Of a stretch of 64,000 nt of DNA, positions 27,022 to 36,374 are shown in pieces (position 1 is the first letter of the stretch; each line of letters begins with the position of its first letter). Source of the stretch: Clostridia bacterium (GTDB lineage: Bacteria > Bacillota > Clostridia > Christensenellales > CAG-917). The translations under genes were made by a program, and so were the position numbers. The notes beneath the pieces were generated by a model. The model was not told the origin of the DNA, did not search any database, and saw only the letters and a program-made list of their open reading frames with translations. Location of the stretch: contig JAKSOR010000001.1 of NCBI GenBank assembly GCA_024405515.1, positions 24,235 to 88,234 of the forward strand. The letters run 5' to 3'.

Positions 27022-29438
27022 TGATAAAATTCGCTCTTAAAAACATAAAATCAAAACCGCTGAGAGTAGCGGGAACAGTATTAAGCATTGCAGTGGTTGT
27101 TGCAATGATTTTCTGTATGCTCTCATTCAAAAATGCGGTATATGAGTTTATTTATGCGAGCGAAACAGCATCAGCAGGTTCCAGTGATATAGTTATTCTG
27201 ACAAAGTCTGATTCGGACAGGATAACCAATGTATCTGCACCGCTGATAAATATAGACGGCATAGAGGAAATCGTCCCGTCCATGAGTGTATACGCAGTCC
27301 TCAACGGAGAATACATTCAGATCAGGGGATATGAGGACGGAAAGACAGAATCCCTTCAGAAAATCAATTATATTGAAAAAGATACCGGGAATATGAACTC
27401 GGACAGTGTCATTATCTCTTCCTCCTGTGCAGAGCATTTCTCTCTTAGTATAGGAGACAGAATAGCGCTTACCCTTGGCAGTAACAGTGCAAGTTTCTAT
27501 GTGTACGGAATTGCTGAAAACAGTGGGTATTTCCTTTCAGATTCACCATTCCAGTTTGTCGGAAGAAATAATCAGGTTGCAAAACTTGCATCAGGAACAG
27601 CAGCGGAAGGCATATGTAACGCCATTTACATAAAGGTCAGCCCTGACGCTGACACTGAATCCGTTATGGAGTCTATTAAGGCAATAGAGGCATACAGGGA
27701 TTTAAGTGTGGAAATAGCAAAAGATGAGAAGTATATAGAAGAACAGACAAATTCCCTTACTGCTCCGGTTGTGCTTTCCGGTGCCGCAGTAATGGCCCTT
27801 GGTATTGTGTTTATAGCAATTCTGTTCATGATGACATCAAAAGAAAAGGTAAGACTTGTTGCAAAATACAAAGCAGCAGGCGCAACCAACAGACAGGTTC
27901 TTACAATGTTTGTTGCTGAAAACATAATAATTGCAGCGCTCGGTGCGGTTATCGGTTCTTTATTGTCTGTCGGACTTTTTGTTGCGATATTAAAGCTGAC
28001 TCTTTCCTCGCTTACGGTCTTCTCGGTTAATGCTCTCAAACTTTTCGGGGCGGCGGCTATAGGATTTATTGTATCAATGGCAGCTTCCTTAGTTCCGGCA
28101 TTAAAGGCATTTAAGGGAACTGTGAGGGAAAATCAGATAAGCACTGAAAGGACATCAGGGGCGGGCATACTTATTCCGGTTATCGCGGTTATTCTTACCG
28201 TGATTTCAGTAATAATTGAGTTCCTTATAGAAAGTGTGACCGCAGTCTTTGCAGTAGTTACGATGGCACTTGCTCTTTTAAGCCTCGGAATATGCGTCGG
28301 CTATATATTAAGACTTACGGGTAAACTCTTAATCAAATCATCTTCTCCTTCTTTGAAATATGCTTCGGCAGGAATTTCTAGAGAAAAGAGATTTACAAAA
28401 TCCGTTACTCTTTTAAGCGTCGGAATGACAGTTTCCATGATGCTCTTTATGGCCTGGAGTCTTACGACTCAGATCTTTGACGGGTATATAGATAATTTCA
28501 AAAACATGATATTCATCAGCAATATCCAGGCTAGCCAGGACATTGATGAAATAAGGGAACAGGACCTTGTCAAAGGTGCCACCAAGATGGTCTGGGACAA
28601 GGGAACACTGAAGACAGATGATGTTCAGAAAAATATTAATATCCTCGGTTCAAAAGATGTTCTTGATATGCTTGATTTCAAGTATATTTCATCAGAAAAC
28701 GATGTTAAAGCTGCAGTTTCATCAGCACAACCATATGTTATTGTTGATATAGCAATGCAGAAGCTTTACGGCGTTAAGGTCGGGGACAGCATAAAACTTA
28801 CAGTACAGGGTATAGAAAAAGATGTAATAATCGGAGGGATTCTGCAGCATGAACTCTTCTCCGGAAACTATGTGATCATATCATCGGAAATACTGGAATC
28901 CGTGTTCGGAATAAAGGCTGACACCATTCTTGTCGTATCATCAGGAGATACCTCTCAGTGCGCTAACAACTTAAGAACAGCCTTCTCAAAAGACAACTAT
29001 TTTGTTGTGGAAGTGCTTGAGGCATTCAAGTGGGAAAGAAGCAGCATGGATGCAGTCTTCTCCATGATAGGAACAATTGCAATAGTCGTTGCACTGTTTA
29101 TATTTGTAGTTACGGTCACCTCATCTCTTATCGGCAGGTCTTCGGCTTCGAAAGAAAGATCCGCAATGCTTGCTGCAGGCATGTCCAAAGGTACACTTCT
29201 GAAGACAGAATTAATTCAGTATGCTGTGACGGCACTGATATCATTCATTATTTCGTTTGCGGTTTCTGTGCTTCTCACATCCTCTCTTATTCATGCATTG
29301 AGGCTGTTCGGGCTTTACTTTGAATTCATGTATGAGGCATGGGTGGTTGCTGTGTCCGGCATAGTTATGGCAGTTCTCTATTCTCTGGTGCCGGTTGCTA
29401 TGAACTTTAAAAAAGAATATAATATTAGAAAATTATGA
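27021..29438 (+). CDS. ABC transporter permease with duplicated FtsX/MacB-type modules (805 aa)
   Basis: Two repeats of TM helix, extracytoplasmic domain and three TM helices. ATGA-type overlap with the ATPase gene. Confidence 0.8.
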   Translation: MIKFALKNIKSKPLRVAGTVLSIAVVVAMIFCMLSFKNAVYEFIYASETASAGSSDIVILTKSDSDRITNVSAPLINIDGIEEIVPSMSVYAVLNGEYIQIRGYEDGKTESLQKINYIEKDTGNMNSDSVIISSSCAEHFSLSIGDRIALTLGSNSASFYVYGIAENSGYFLSDSPFQFVGRNNQVAKLASGTAAEGICNAIYIKVSPDADTESVMESIKAIEAYRDLSVEIAKDEKYIEEQTNSLTAPVVLSGAAVMALGIVFIAILFMMTSKEKVRLVAKYKAAGATNRQVLTMFVAENIIIAALGAVIGSLLSVGLFVAILKLTLSSLTVFSVNALKLFGAAAIGFIVSMAASLVPALKAFKGTVRENQISTERTSGAGILIPVIAVILTVISVIIEFLIESVTAVFAVVTMALALLSLGICVGYILRLTGKLLIKSSSPSLKYASAGISREKRFTKSVTLLSVGMTVSMMLFMAWSLTTQIFDGYIDNFKNMIFISNIQASQDIDEIREQDLVKGATKMVWDKGTLKTDDVQKNINILGSKDVLDMLDFKYISSENDVKAAVSSAQPYVIVDIAMQKLYGVKVGDSIKLTVQGIEKDVIIGGILQHELFSGNYVIISSEILESVFGIKADTILVVSSGDTSQCANNLRTAFSKDNYFVVEVLEAFKWERSSMDAVFSMIGTIAIVVALFIFVVTVTSSLIGRSSASKERSAMLAAGMSKGTLLKTELIQYAVTALISFIISFAVSVLLTSSLIHALRLFGLYFEFMYEAWVVAVSGIVMAVLYSLVPVAMNFKKEYNIRKL

Positions 29439-31213
29439 GAAGATTAACTAAAGTTACATCATTAGTCCTTGTTGTCCTTCTGCTGGTAACAGCAGCATTT
29501 TCGCTTGTTGCGTGTAACAAAAACAAGAAGAAGGGTGAACCGGATCACAGGGCGGAATACTGTGACAGCCTTGAGAGCGCCATTCTTTCCGGTCTTAATT
29601 CAGACTGGGGAAAGGATATGAATGATAACCAGGTAGCTGTACTGAGTTCTTCCGGAAACTATATTGTGACATCCGCATGGGTAAAACTTATCTGTGATAC
29701 AGTTGAGGAATCTTCTCTTCAGAGTGCAAAAATAAAAGTATTTGCCGATTTTCTCGGAAGCGATGAAGGAAAGGCAATGCTCAGTAACTTCAGCGATAAC
29801 TCATCATCACTTCTGGACCTTCTCTATCAGGTGGATTTCACGGCAGAGGATATTTCATCTCTCATCTACGGATTCGTTTATAAGACTGTGGATAAGAGCG
29901 AGGAAATGATGGACGGAATAATTAACCGTATCTCAGATGTGAAAACAAATAATTTTGCCACACCTGAATCAATAAGCAATCTAACCATCTACCTTACAAA
30001 TGTAAATAAATCAAGAACACAGTTTGTTCCTAATGCTGCTGAGAAGTCCTTAATGCTTGATGCACTTAAAAAAGCAGAAAGCGGAATTTCCGATATCGTG
30101 AAGTTCGCATACGGAATCTCTCTTGATTCAATAACAGATAATATACTGAGTGTAATAACTTCGGAAGATGGTGCGCTTTCCGATGTGACTGATGCCGAAA
30201 TCAAAACAATTTTAAGTGCTGTTGCTTCAAATGCAGCTTCACTGAAATCTTCTCTTACAAAAGAAGAAACCGGGAATATAAACGAAGCACTTAATCTGAT
30301 TATTAATAAATTTGACACCACATCAAGTTCTTCGCTTGTTTTTGCTCAGATAGTCACCTATTCAAAATATGCATATATGATTGTTGATGCAGTTCCTGAA
30401 ATATGTGATGTTCTCGGCGCATTTGCAAGAAATATTGATGACAGTATTATCGGAGCCTTCAGGACTATTCTGACAGAAGTGAACAACTATGATGAGAAGA
30501 CCTCAAATCTTGATCTTATGATAGTTAACGGTTCTGTGGGTCTTTCAAAGCTTATTTCAAAAATGAGTAATGAACTCGGTAAAGACGGAATAAATAACAT
30601 AGTTCAGTCTCTTTATGAAAAATCAGATTCACATGACTATCAGAAGACAACCCCTATTTATATTGCTGATATGATTGCCAATTTTGACAGCGTGCTTAAG
30701 AACCTTCTTGCAGGCAGCGAAGATTTCGTGACTAAGCATCCGGAAATAATTTCAAAAGACATGTTTATCAGAATAATTAATATAACTGTCTCATTAAGGT
30801 CATCCCTGAATAAGTTCAAAGCAGCATACTATGAAGATGTTATTAACGGCGAAAAGACATTCTCAAAGTCCTCAATGCTTGCAACAAGATCTTTCAGTGA
30901 TATTGTCAATAATCCGTATAATGTTGCCTATCAGCCTGAGCTCTGGTATTCAACATATGTCAACGGAGTTACCTCATATCTTACAGAGTACTCAGAAAAA
31001 TATCTTGATGATGTAAAGCTTGATCTCGAAAAGTTTGTGGAAGAATATTTTGAGTCAGGTTCACAGATAAAGAACTCAACGGAGAAACTTGCAAAAATGG
31101 ATATTCTCCCGGATAATGCACCTCTTGCCACAATAGAAGAGTATAAGCAGTATGCTGAAAAGTCAGGACTTTATTCATATTCAACTATGCTTCTTGTTCT
31201 GCTTGCTATGTGA
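29435..31213 (+). CDS. Lipoprotein of unknown function (592 aa)
   Basis: Signal peptide with lipobox AFSLVAC. Start overlaps the permease stop. No motif I recognise. Short hydrophobic C-terminus (STMLLVLLAM). Confidence 0.65.
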   Translation: MRRLTKVTSLVLVVLLLVTAAFSLVACNKNKKKGEPDHRAEYCDSLESAILSGLNSDWGKDMNDNQVAVLSSSGNYIVTSAWVKLICDTVEESSLQSAKIKVFADFLGSDEGKAMLSNFSDNSSSLLDLLYQVDFTAEDISSLIYGFVYKTVDKSEEMMDGIINRISDVKTNNFATPESISNLTIYLTNVNKSRTQFVPNAAEKSLMLDALKKAESGISDIVKFAYGISLDSITDNILSVITSEDGALSDVTDAEIKTILSAVASNAASLKSSLTKEETGNINEALNLIINKFDTTSSSSLVFAQIVTYSKYAYMIVDAVPEICDVLGAFARNIDDSIIGAFRTILTEVNNYDEKTSNLDLMIVNGSVGLSKLISKMSNELGKDGINNIVQSLYEKSDSHDYQKTTPIYIADMIANFDSVLKNLLAGSEDFVTKHPEIISKDMFIRIINITVSLRSSLNKFKAAYYEDVINGEKTFSKSSMLATRSFSDIVNNPYNVAYQPELWYSTYVNGVTSYLTEYSEKYLDDVKLDLEKFVEEYFESGSQIKNSTEKLAKMDILPDNAPLATIEEYKQYAEKSGLYSYSTMLLVLLAM

Positions 31214-31216
31214 TAA

Positions 31217-31245
31217 TTGACATAGTAAAGATAAATAAATAAAAT
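31217..31245 (+). promoter_or_regulatory. Promoter of the TM1266-like/ABC operon
   Basis: TTGACA (31217-31222), 17-nt spacer, TAAAAT (31240-31245). Confidence 0.55.
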
Positions 31246-31405
31246 ATAAGTATCTAAAACAATGATATGCCGGGTCCCGGCGGAGTGGAGGTTTTACCGA
31301 AACGATGACAGGGTGAGGCGGAAAGAATCGGCGTGTAAGAGGTAAGGTAAAGTGTTTTTTATATCCTATCGTCTTTCACGGTAGGATTTTTTTATAGGAG
31401 GAATT
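31246..31405 (+). promoter_or_regulatory. Unclassified cis-regulatory leader (riboswitch- or attenuator-like)
   Basis: The leader is approx. 150 nt and ends in the terminator ATCCTATCG (31363-31371) / CGGTAGGAT (31379-31387) plus a T7 run, 8 nt before the SD. Segment 31302-31312 is complementary to the terminator 5' arm. Confidence 0.5.
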
Positions 31406-31654
31406 ATGAAAAAAATCGGTGTAGTAGGAATAGTCATTCAGGGAGACAGGGAAATTTCCGTGGAGATTCAGAAAACCCTTACTCAGTTCGGTGATATTAT
31501 TGTCGGCCGTATGGGTGTACCTAGAAACGGGGTTAACGCCATAGCACTGATTGTTGAGGGAAGCGTGGAGAGGATATCTGCGCTTACCGGTAAACTCGGC
31601 AAATACCAGAATGTTTCAGTGAAATCTGCACTGACAGCAGCAGAGGTGGAATAG
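31406..31654 (+). CDS. Small ACT/NikR-C-like protein, TM1266 family ('putative iron-only hydrogenase system regulator' family)
   Basis: 82 aa; GRMGVP and ALTGKLG motifs as I recall them for the TM1266 family. Confidence 0.55.
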   Translation: MKKIGVVGIVIQGDREISVEIQKTLTQFGDIIVGRMGVPRNGVNAIALIVEGSVERISALTGKLGKYQNVSVKSALTAAEVE

Positions 31655-31655
31655 A

Positions 31656-32645
31656 ATGAAAAAAACAGGTCTGTTATGTGTTATTCTGATCCTTTTTATC
31701 CTGACGGTATTTTTTACAGGATGCAGTAATCAGGGTACAGCCGGGAATATAAGATTCGCAGCTCCTGAAGGAACGCCTGCTCTTGCGATGCTGAATTTTG
31801 CAGTATCGGGTGAAAAAATCGGTGGGATGGATGTGGATTATTCTGTTGTTTCGCCTTCAAATATTGCGGCAGAGATGTCTTCCGGGAAAGCGGATGTGGT
31901 TATTATGCCTGTTAATGCCGGAGCAAATCTTATAAGACAGGGTGCGGATTATAAACTTGTAAGCATTGCCGTTGACGGGTCACTGTACCTTACAGGATTC
32001 GGCGGGAAAGAAAGCGGTCTCGGTATTGATGACATAAAGGGCAGTAAAATAGTATGTATAGGACAGACAGGTGTTCCTGGTCTTGTGTTCAGATATGTTA
32101 TGTCCAAAAATGGGATTGAATTAATAACCTCCGGAAAACCGGAAGGGAATCAGGTTCTTGTTGAATATGTGGCTGACGGGGCTGCAGCAAAAGTGAGACT
32201 TGCCGGGAAACAGGCAGATTTTGCGGTCGTCGGCGAACCTGCGGCAACAGTATTCCGTAACGCGCTTGCATGTGACAGTGAGATGGATATGCAGAAAATG
32301 TATTCCGAAGCTGATCCTCATAACGGAGATTCATATCCTCAGGCCGGGCTGTTTGTGAAAAGTGGACTCTGCACGGACAAAGCTTTTATGGATGATTTAT
32401 TCGGCAAACTCGAAAAGAATAAAGAATTTATTGCTTCAAATCCTTCTGATGTGGACAGCATGGCCAAATCTCTCTATGAATCAGCGTCGTTCCCTGCACC
32501 TTCTGTAAGCAGGTGCGCAGTTAACGGAAACAGACTGACAGATAAATCAAAAGAGGAAATAATTATGTTCTTAAAGAACGTAATGAAAAAAGATGCATCC
32601 GGAAACGAAATAAACTGGGATGCAGCAACAACAATATTATTCTGA
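31656..32645 (+). CDS. ABC transporter substrate-binding lipoprotein, NMT1/THI5 (SsuA/ThiY)-like
   Basis: Lipobox FFTGC; 329 aa; operon position ahead of a TauC/SsuC-type permease. Confidence 0.65.
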   Translation: MKKTGLLCVILILFILTVFFTGCSNQGTAGNIRFAAPEGTPALAMLNFAVSGEKIGGMDVDYSVVSPSNIAAEMSSGKADVVIMPVNAGANLIRQGADYKLVSIAVDGSLYLTGFGGKESGLGIDDIKGSKIVCIGQTGVPGLVFRYVMSKNGIELITSGKPEGNQVLVEYVADGAAAKVRLAGKQADFAVVGEPAATVFRNALACDSEMDMQKMYSEADPHNGDSYPQAGLFVKSGLCTDKAFMDDLFGKLEKNKEFIASNPSDVDSMAKSLYESASFPAPSVSRCAVNGNRLTDKSKEEIIMFLKNVMKKDASGNEINWDAATTILF

Positions 32646-32646
32646 T

Positions 32647-33420
32647 ATGGAAAACTTAAAGAAAACAAAATTTAAATCAGCAGCTCTTAATGTGCTGTAT
32701 CCGCTCATAGCTGCAGGCATAATTGTTGCAGTGTGGGCAATTGCAGCGGCAGCCGAGGGAAATCAGTTGGTTCTTCCGTCTCCGGGAGGCGTGATTAAAA
32801 AGTTTTTTACTCTTGGAGGGGAGGCAGGTTTCTGGCTCAGCGTTCTGGCGTCACTTTTAAGGACACTTATATGTTTCATCACTTCATTTGTCCTGGCACT
32901 TCTGTTTGCCTCACTTGGAGGTATATGTAATCCTGTGCACAGAGTGCTTTCACCAATCGTGACATTTTTCCGGGCTGCACCTACTGTTGCGGTGATTCTT
33001 ATTATGTATGCGTTTCTTAACAGCAGTATAATGGCAGTCGTTGTGGGATTCTTAATAGCGTTCCCTGTTATGTATGCAGCATTTTACAGCGCAGTGACCG
33101 GGGTTGATAAAGACCTTATCGAAATGGCGGATGTATATAAGGTAAGTCCTCTGAACAAAGTGAAAAGTATATATCTGCCATCAATTGCATCCTGCCTTTT
33201 TGACACATCCAAGGCAACACTGTCTCTGACTTTCAAAGTAATTATAGCCTCTGAGATACTGACTAATGTAACCACAAGCATAGGCGGAAAAATTCAGGTT
33301 GCATATGCATCATTTGAAATAAGTTATCTTCTTGCCTGGACACTGATTGCTATCGTTTTCAGTTTTGTTCTTGAAGGCATTGTTATGCTTCTTAAAAAAG
33401 TATGGGAGGTAAGAAAATGA
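32647..33420 (+). CDS. ABC transporter permease (SsuC/TauC-type)
   Basis: Start chosen at ATG 32647, just after the upstream stop. About six TM segments. Confidence 0.75.
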   Translation: MENLKKTKFKSAALNVLYPLIAAGIIVAVWAIAAAAEGNQLVLPSPGGVIKKFFTLGGEAGFWLSVLASLLRTLICFITSFVLALLFASLGGICNPVHRVLSPIVTFFRAAPTVAVILIMYAFLNSSIMAVVVGFLIAFPVMYAAFYSAVTGVDKDLIEMADVYKVSPLNKVKSIYLPSIASCLFDTSKATLSLTFKVIIASEILTNVTTSIGGKIQVAYASFEISYLLAWTLIAIVFSFVLEGIVMLLKKVWEVRK

Positions 33421-34130
33421 GTGATATTAAGATTTCAGGATTTAATCTTTCATATGGAGAAAAGATAATTTTCAAAGACTTTGATATTGCCTTTGAGGAG
33501 AATAAAATCAATGTTATTCTTGGCGGAAGCGGAGTAGGCAAGAGCTCCCTTCTGAATGCAGTTGCCGGGATCAAAGAATACTCCGGGACTGTTTCCGGAA
33601 CAGATGGCGGTGTAAGTTATATTTTTCAGAAAGACAGGTTAATACCTACAATATCGGTATATAAAAATCTTGATTTGATACTTAAAGGCATATACAGTGA
33701 CAGTAATGAGAGGAGAAAAAACATAGAGGAAATGCTGCAGCTTCTTGAAATAAGCGATATAAAGGATTCACTTCCTTCGGCAATTTCAGGTGGTCAGGCG
33801 CAGCGCGTGGCTATTGCAAGGGCATTCCTTTTCCCATCCTCCGTTCTGCTTCTGGACGAACCTTTTAAGGCACTTGATACCCAGCTTAAAGCAAAACTTC
33901 TGAAAGCATTCCTGAATATAAACGAACAGATGCCAAGGACTGTGATTTATGTAACCCATGCTGTAGATGAGTGTCTTCTCTCGGCGGATAAATATTTCGT
34001 TCTTGGAGGAAGACCCGTACAGATTTTTGCAGAGGGTGAGATAAACGTTCCTAAAAAAGACAGGAATCTTTACTCGGATGAACTCAGTGACACGAGAAAT
34101 GTGCTTTTAAGGGAACTTTTCCGTGATTAA
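33417..34130 (+). CDS. ABC transporter ATP-binding protein (SsuB/TauB-type)
   Basis: ATG 33417 behind GGGAGG overlaps the permease stop (ATGA). Walker A GGSGVGKSS, signature ISGGQAQR, Walker B LLLDEPF. Confidence 0.88.
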   Translation: MSDIKISGFNLSYGEKIIFKDFDIAFEENKINVILGGSGVGKSSLLNAVAGIKEYSGTVSGTDGGVSYIFQKDRLIPTISVYKNLDLILKGIYSDSNERRKNIEEMLQLLEISDIKDSLPSAISGGQAQRVAIARAFLFPSSVLLLDEPFKALDTQLKAKLLKAFLNINEQMPRTVIYVTHAVDECLLSADKYFVLGGRPVQIFAEGEINVPKKDRNLYSDELSDTRNVLLRELFRD

Positions 34131-34136
34131 AATCAG

Positions 34137-34165
34137 TTGACTATTATCACGAGTATTTATATAAT
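34137..34165 (+). promoter_or_regulatory. Promoter of rpmE
   Basis: TTGACT (34137-34142), 17-nt spacer, TATAAT (34160-34165). Confidence 0.65.
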
Positions 34166-34236
34166 AAAGAAACTTTATATCATATATGCGCAGGCGGTGC
34201 ATGTGGGTATAAAAATACGAAAACGGAGTTCTTAAA

Positions 34237-34443
34237 ATGAAAGAAGGAATCCATCCACAGTATCACGATGTTACAGTAGTATGTGCATGTGGTCACACGT
34301 TCCAGACAGGAACAACAAAAAATGTTAACGAGCTCAGAGTTGAAATTTGCTCAAAATGCCATCCTTACTTCACAGGAAAGCAGAAACTTGTTGACACAGG
34401 TGGTCGTGTAGATAAATTCAATAAGAAGTACAAACGCGGCTAA
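34237..34443 (+). CDS. rpmE: 50S ribosomal protein L31 (Cys-containing type A)
   Basis: 68 aa; [10 protein letters not shown]...CACGH...[13 protein letters not shown]. Confidence 0.97.
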   Translation: MKEGIHPQYHDVTVVCACGHTFQTGTTKNVNELRVEICSKCHPYFTGKQKLVDTGGRVDKFNKKYKRG

Positions 34444-34452
34444 ACAAGAAGT

Positions 34453-34479
34453 GCAGATTCCTACTGAGTCTGCCTTTTT
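34453..34479 (+). terminator. Intrinsic terminator after rpmE
   Basis: GCAGATTC (34453-34460) / GAGTCTGC (34466-34473) with one G-U pair, then CTTTTT. Confidence 0.65.
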
Positions 34480-34480
34480 A

Positions 34481-34509
34481 CTAATTTGCCCAGTTTCCGG
34501 GCAAATTAG
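34481..34509 (+). promoter_or_regulatory. Perfect 11-bp stem-loop just upstream of the DUF1385::prmC SD
   Basis: CTAATTTGCCC (34481-34491) / GGGCAAATTAG (34499-34509). No T tract. SD AGGTG at 34515-34519. Confidence 0.4.
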
Positions 34510-34526
34510 CACCCTAGGTGAAATTA

Positions 34527-36374
34527 ATGAGCGAAAAGAAGAAAGCGGAAAACAAAGCAGTAAAGCGCACCAATATCGGTGGTCAGGCTGTTCTTGAAGG
34601 TGTCATGATGAAGGGCACCCGTTGTTATGCTACTGCCGTTCGCTCTGCAACAGGTGATATCACAATCGAAAGTCACTATACAAAAAGTGCAAAAGAGAGA
34701 AATATCATCCTCCGTCTGCCATTCATAAGAGGGGTTGTTAACCTTCTGACTCAGCTTTTTCAGGGCACCGGCATAATAATGAGATCCGCAGAAGTCTACG
34801 GGGATTATGCAGAACCTTCAAAATTCGAGAAATGGATGTCAGACAAATTCAAAATAAATCCGATGAATCTTCTTATGGCATTCTCTGTTGTTCTGGGCGT
34901 TGCTCTAGCAGTCGGAATGTTTATTTTCCTGCCGAATTTTCTCACTGGTCTTATCTGTGATAATATAGCAGCTATCAGGGATTCATCACTTTACAGTTTA
35001 TGGTACAGTCTCATTGAGGGCGGCATAATGCTCACGATATTCATATCGTACATAGCCCTGGTATCTCTCATGAAGGACATAAAGAGAGTATTCATGTACC
35101 ATGGCGCTGAGCATAAGGTAATAAGCTGTTATGAGCACGGTCTTGAACTTACGGTTGAAAATGCAAAAAAAATGAAGAGAGAGCATTCAAGATGCGGAAC
35201 GACCTTCCTTTTCTTTGTAATTTCCGTGAGTATCATTGTGTTCGTGCTTATCAATTTCATGCTCGAAAGATGCGGCCTGCTTGTATCGGACAGCGTCACT
35301 GCATATAAAGTACTCAACATACTCATAAGGCTAGGATTCAAACTTTTATTCCTGCCTGTTGTAGCCGGAGTATCCTATGAACTTTTAAAGCTTCTTGCCA
35401 AAAGCGATGCACTTCCTGTAAGAATAATCCGTGCACCGGGTATGCTGCTTCAGAAACTGACAACAAAAGAACCGACGGATGACATGCTTGAGGTCTCAAT
35501 AACAGCATTCAAGACAGTTCTTGAAATGGATGAGAAAGACATTCCGGAAAAAACATTTGACATCAATGTCCCGTATGCTATTGAGAGAAAGAAAATCGAG
35601 GATATGCTGAAGGGTACTGACGAAGCAGATATAGACTGGCTTTTTGTGGATGTAACAAAAACAAAACGCAGTGAACTTGCTCAGCTCAAAGTTGTCACAA
35701 AAGCACAGGCGGACACTCTTGAAGCTGCTGCCAAAAAGATGGCAGAAGGAATGCCTTATCAGTATGCACTCGGAAGAACCGAGTTCTATGGAAGAACAAT
35801 AAATCTCAATCAGAACGTTCTGATTCCTCGCCAGGATACTGAAGAAGTTGTCTATAAAGCAATCGAACTTATTAAGGCAAATGACTACAAGTCCTGTCTT
35901 GATCTCTGTACAGGGAGCGGTGCAATTGCTGTAACAATCAAAAAAGAAACGAAGATTGATGTAACTGCAACAGATATCTTTGAAGGAGCAACAGAAATAG
36001 CAAAAGCTAATATGCTTGTGAATCTTGCCCCTTGTGTTGTAAAACAGGGCGATATGTTTGAAGCTCTTGAGGAAAACGAAAAATTTGATATTATCGTTTC
36101 AAATCCGCCATATATACCTTCAGCGGATATCGAGACACTGGAAAAGAAAGTTAAGGATTTCGAACCTAGACTTGCCCTTGACGGGGACAAAGATGGTCTG
36201 AAATTCTACAGAATAATTCATAACGGATATAAGAATCACCTCAATGAAAACGGGGCTCTTGTTATGGAATTCGGTATCGGTCAGGCTGAAGCCATAAAGG
36301 AAATTTTCAGCGATGCAGATGTCGAAATAATAAAAGACATGAACAATATTGAAAGGATAGCAGTAGTAAAATGA
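34527..36374 (+). CDS. prmC: Fusion protein: DUF1385 membrane domain plus release-factor glutamine N5-methyltransferase PrmC/HemK
   Basis: Start at ATG 34527. The N-terminal approx. 335 aa carry DUF1385 hallmarks ([30 protein letters not shown]). The C-terminal approx. 280 aa are a complete PrmC ([35 protein letters not shown]). Confidence 0.85.
   Translation: MSEKKKAENKAVKRTNIGGQAVLEGVMMKGTRCYATAVRSATGDITIESHYTKSAKERNIILRLPFIRGVVNLLTQLFQGTGIIMRSAEVYGDYAEPSKFEKWMSDKFKINPMNLLMAFSVVLGVALAVGMFIFLPNFLTGLICDNIAAIRDSSLYSLWYSLIEGGIMLTIFISYIALVSLMKDIKRVFMYHGAEHKVISCYEHGLELTVENAKKMKREHSRCGTTFLFFVISVSIIVFVLINFMLERCGLLVSDSVTAYKVLNILIRLGFKLLFLPVVAGVSYELLKLLAKSDALPVRIIRAPGMLLQKLTTKEPTDDMLEVSITAFKTVLEMDEKDIPEKTFDINVPYAIERKKIEDMLKGTDEADIDWLFVDVTKTKRSELAQLKVVTKAQADTLEAAAKKMAEGMPYQYALGRTEFYGRTINLNQNVLIPRQDTEEVVYKAIELIKANDYKSCLDLCTGSGAIAVTIKKETKIDVTATDIFEGATEIAKANMLVNLAPCVVKQGDMFEALEENEKFDIIVSNPPYIPSADIETLEKKVKDFEPRLALDGDKDGLKFYRIIHNGYKNHLNENGALVMEFGIGQAEAIKEIFSDADVEIIKDMNNIERIAVVK

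Noticed and set aside
31246-31405. Assigning the leader to the TPP (HMP/ThiY-type importer) or guanidine/ykkC riboswitch classes because of the NMT1/SsuABC-like cargo.
   Set aside because: The hallmark sequences I know for those classes are absent: the CUGAGA box and pyrimidine-sensor helix for TPP, and the GGGUUCCGG...GGUCCGAGAG...ACACGGCGGG pattern for ykkC. The leader is left unclassified.
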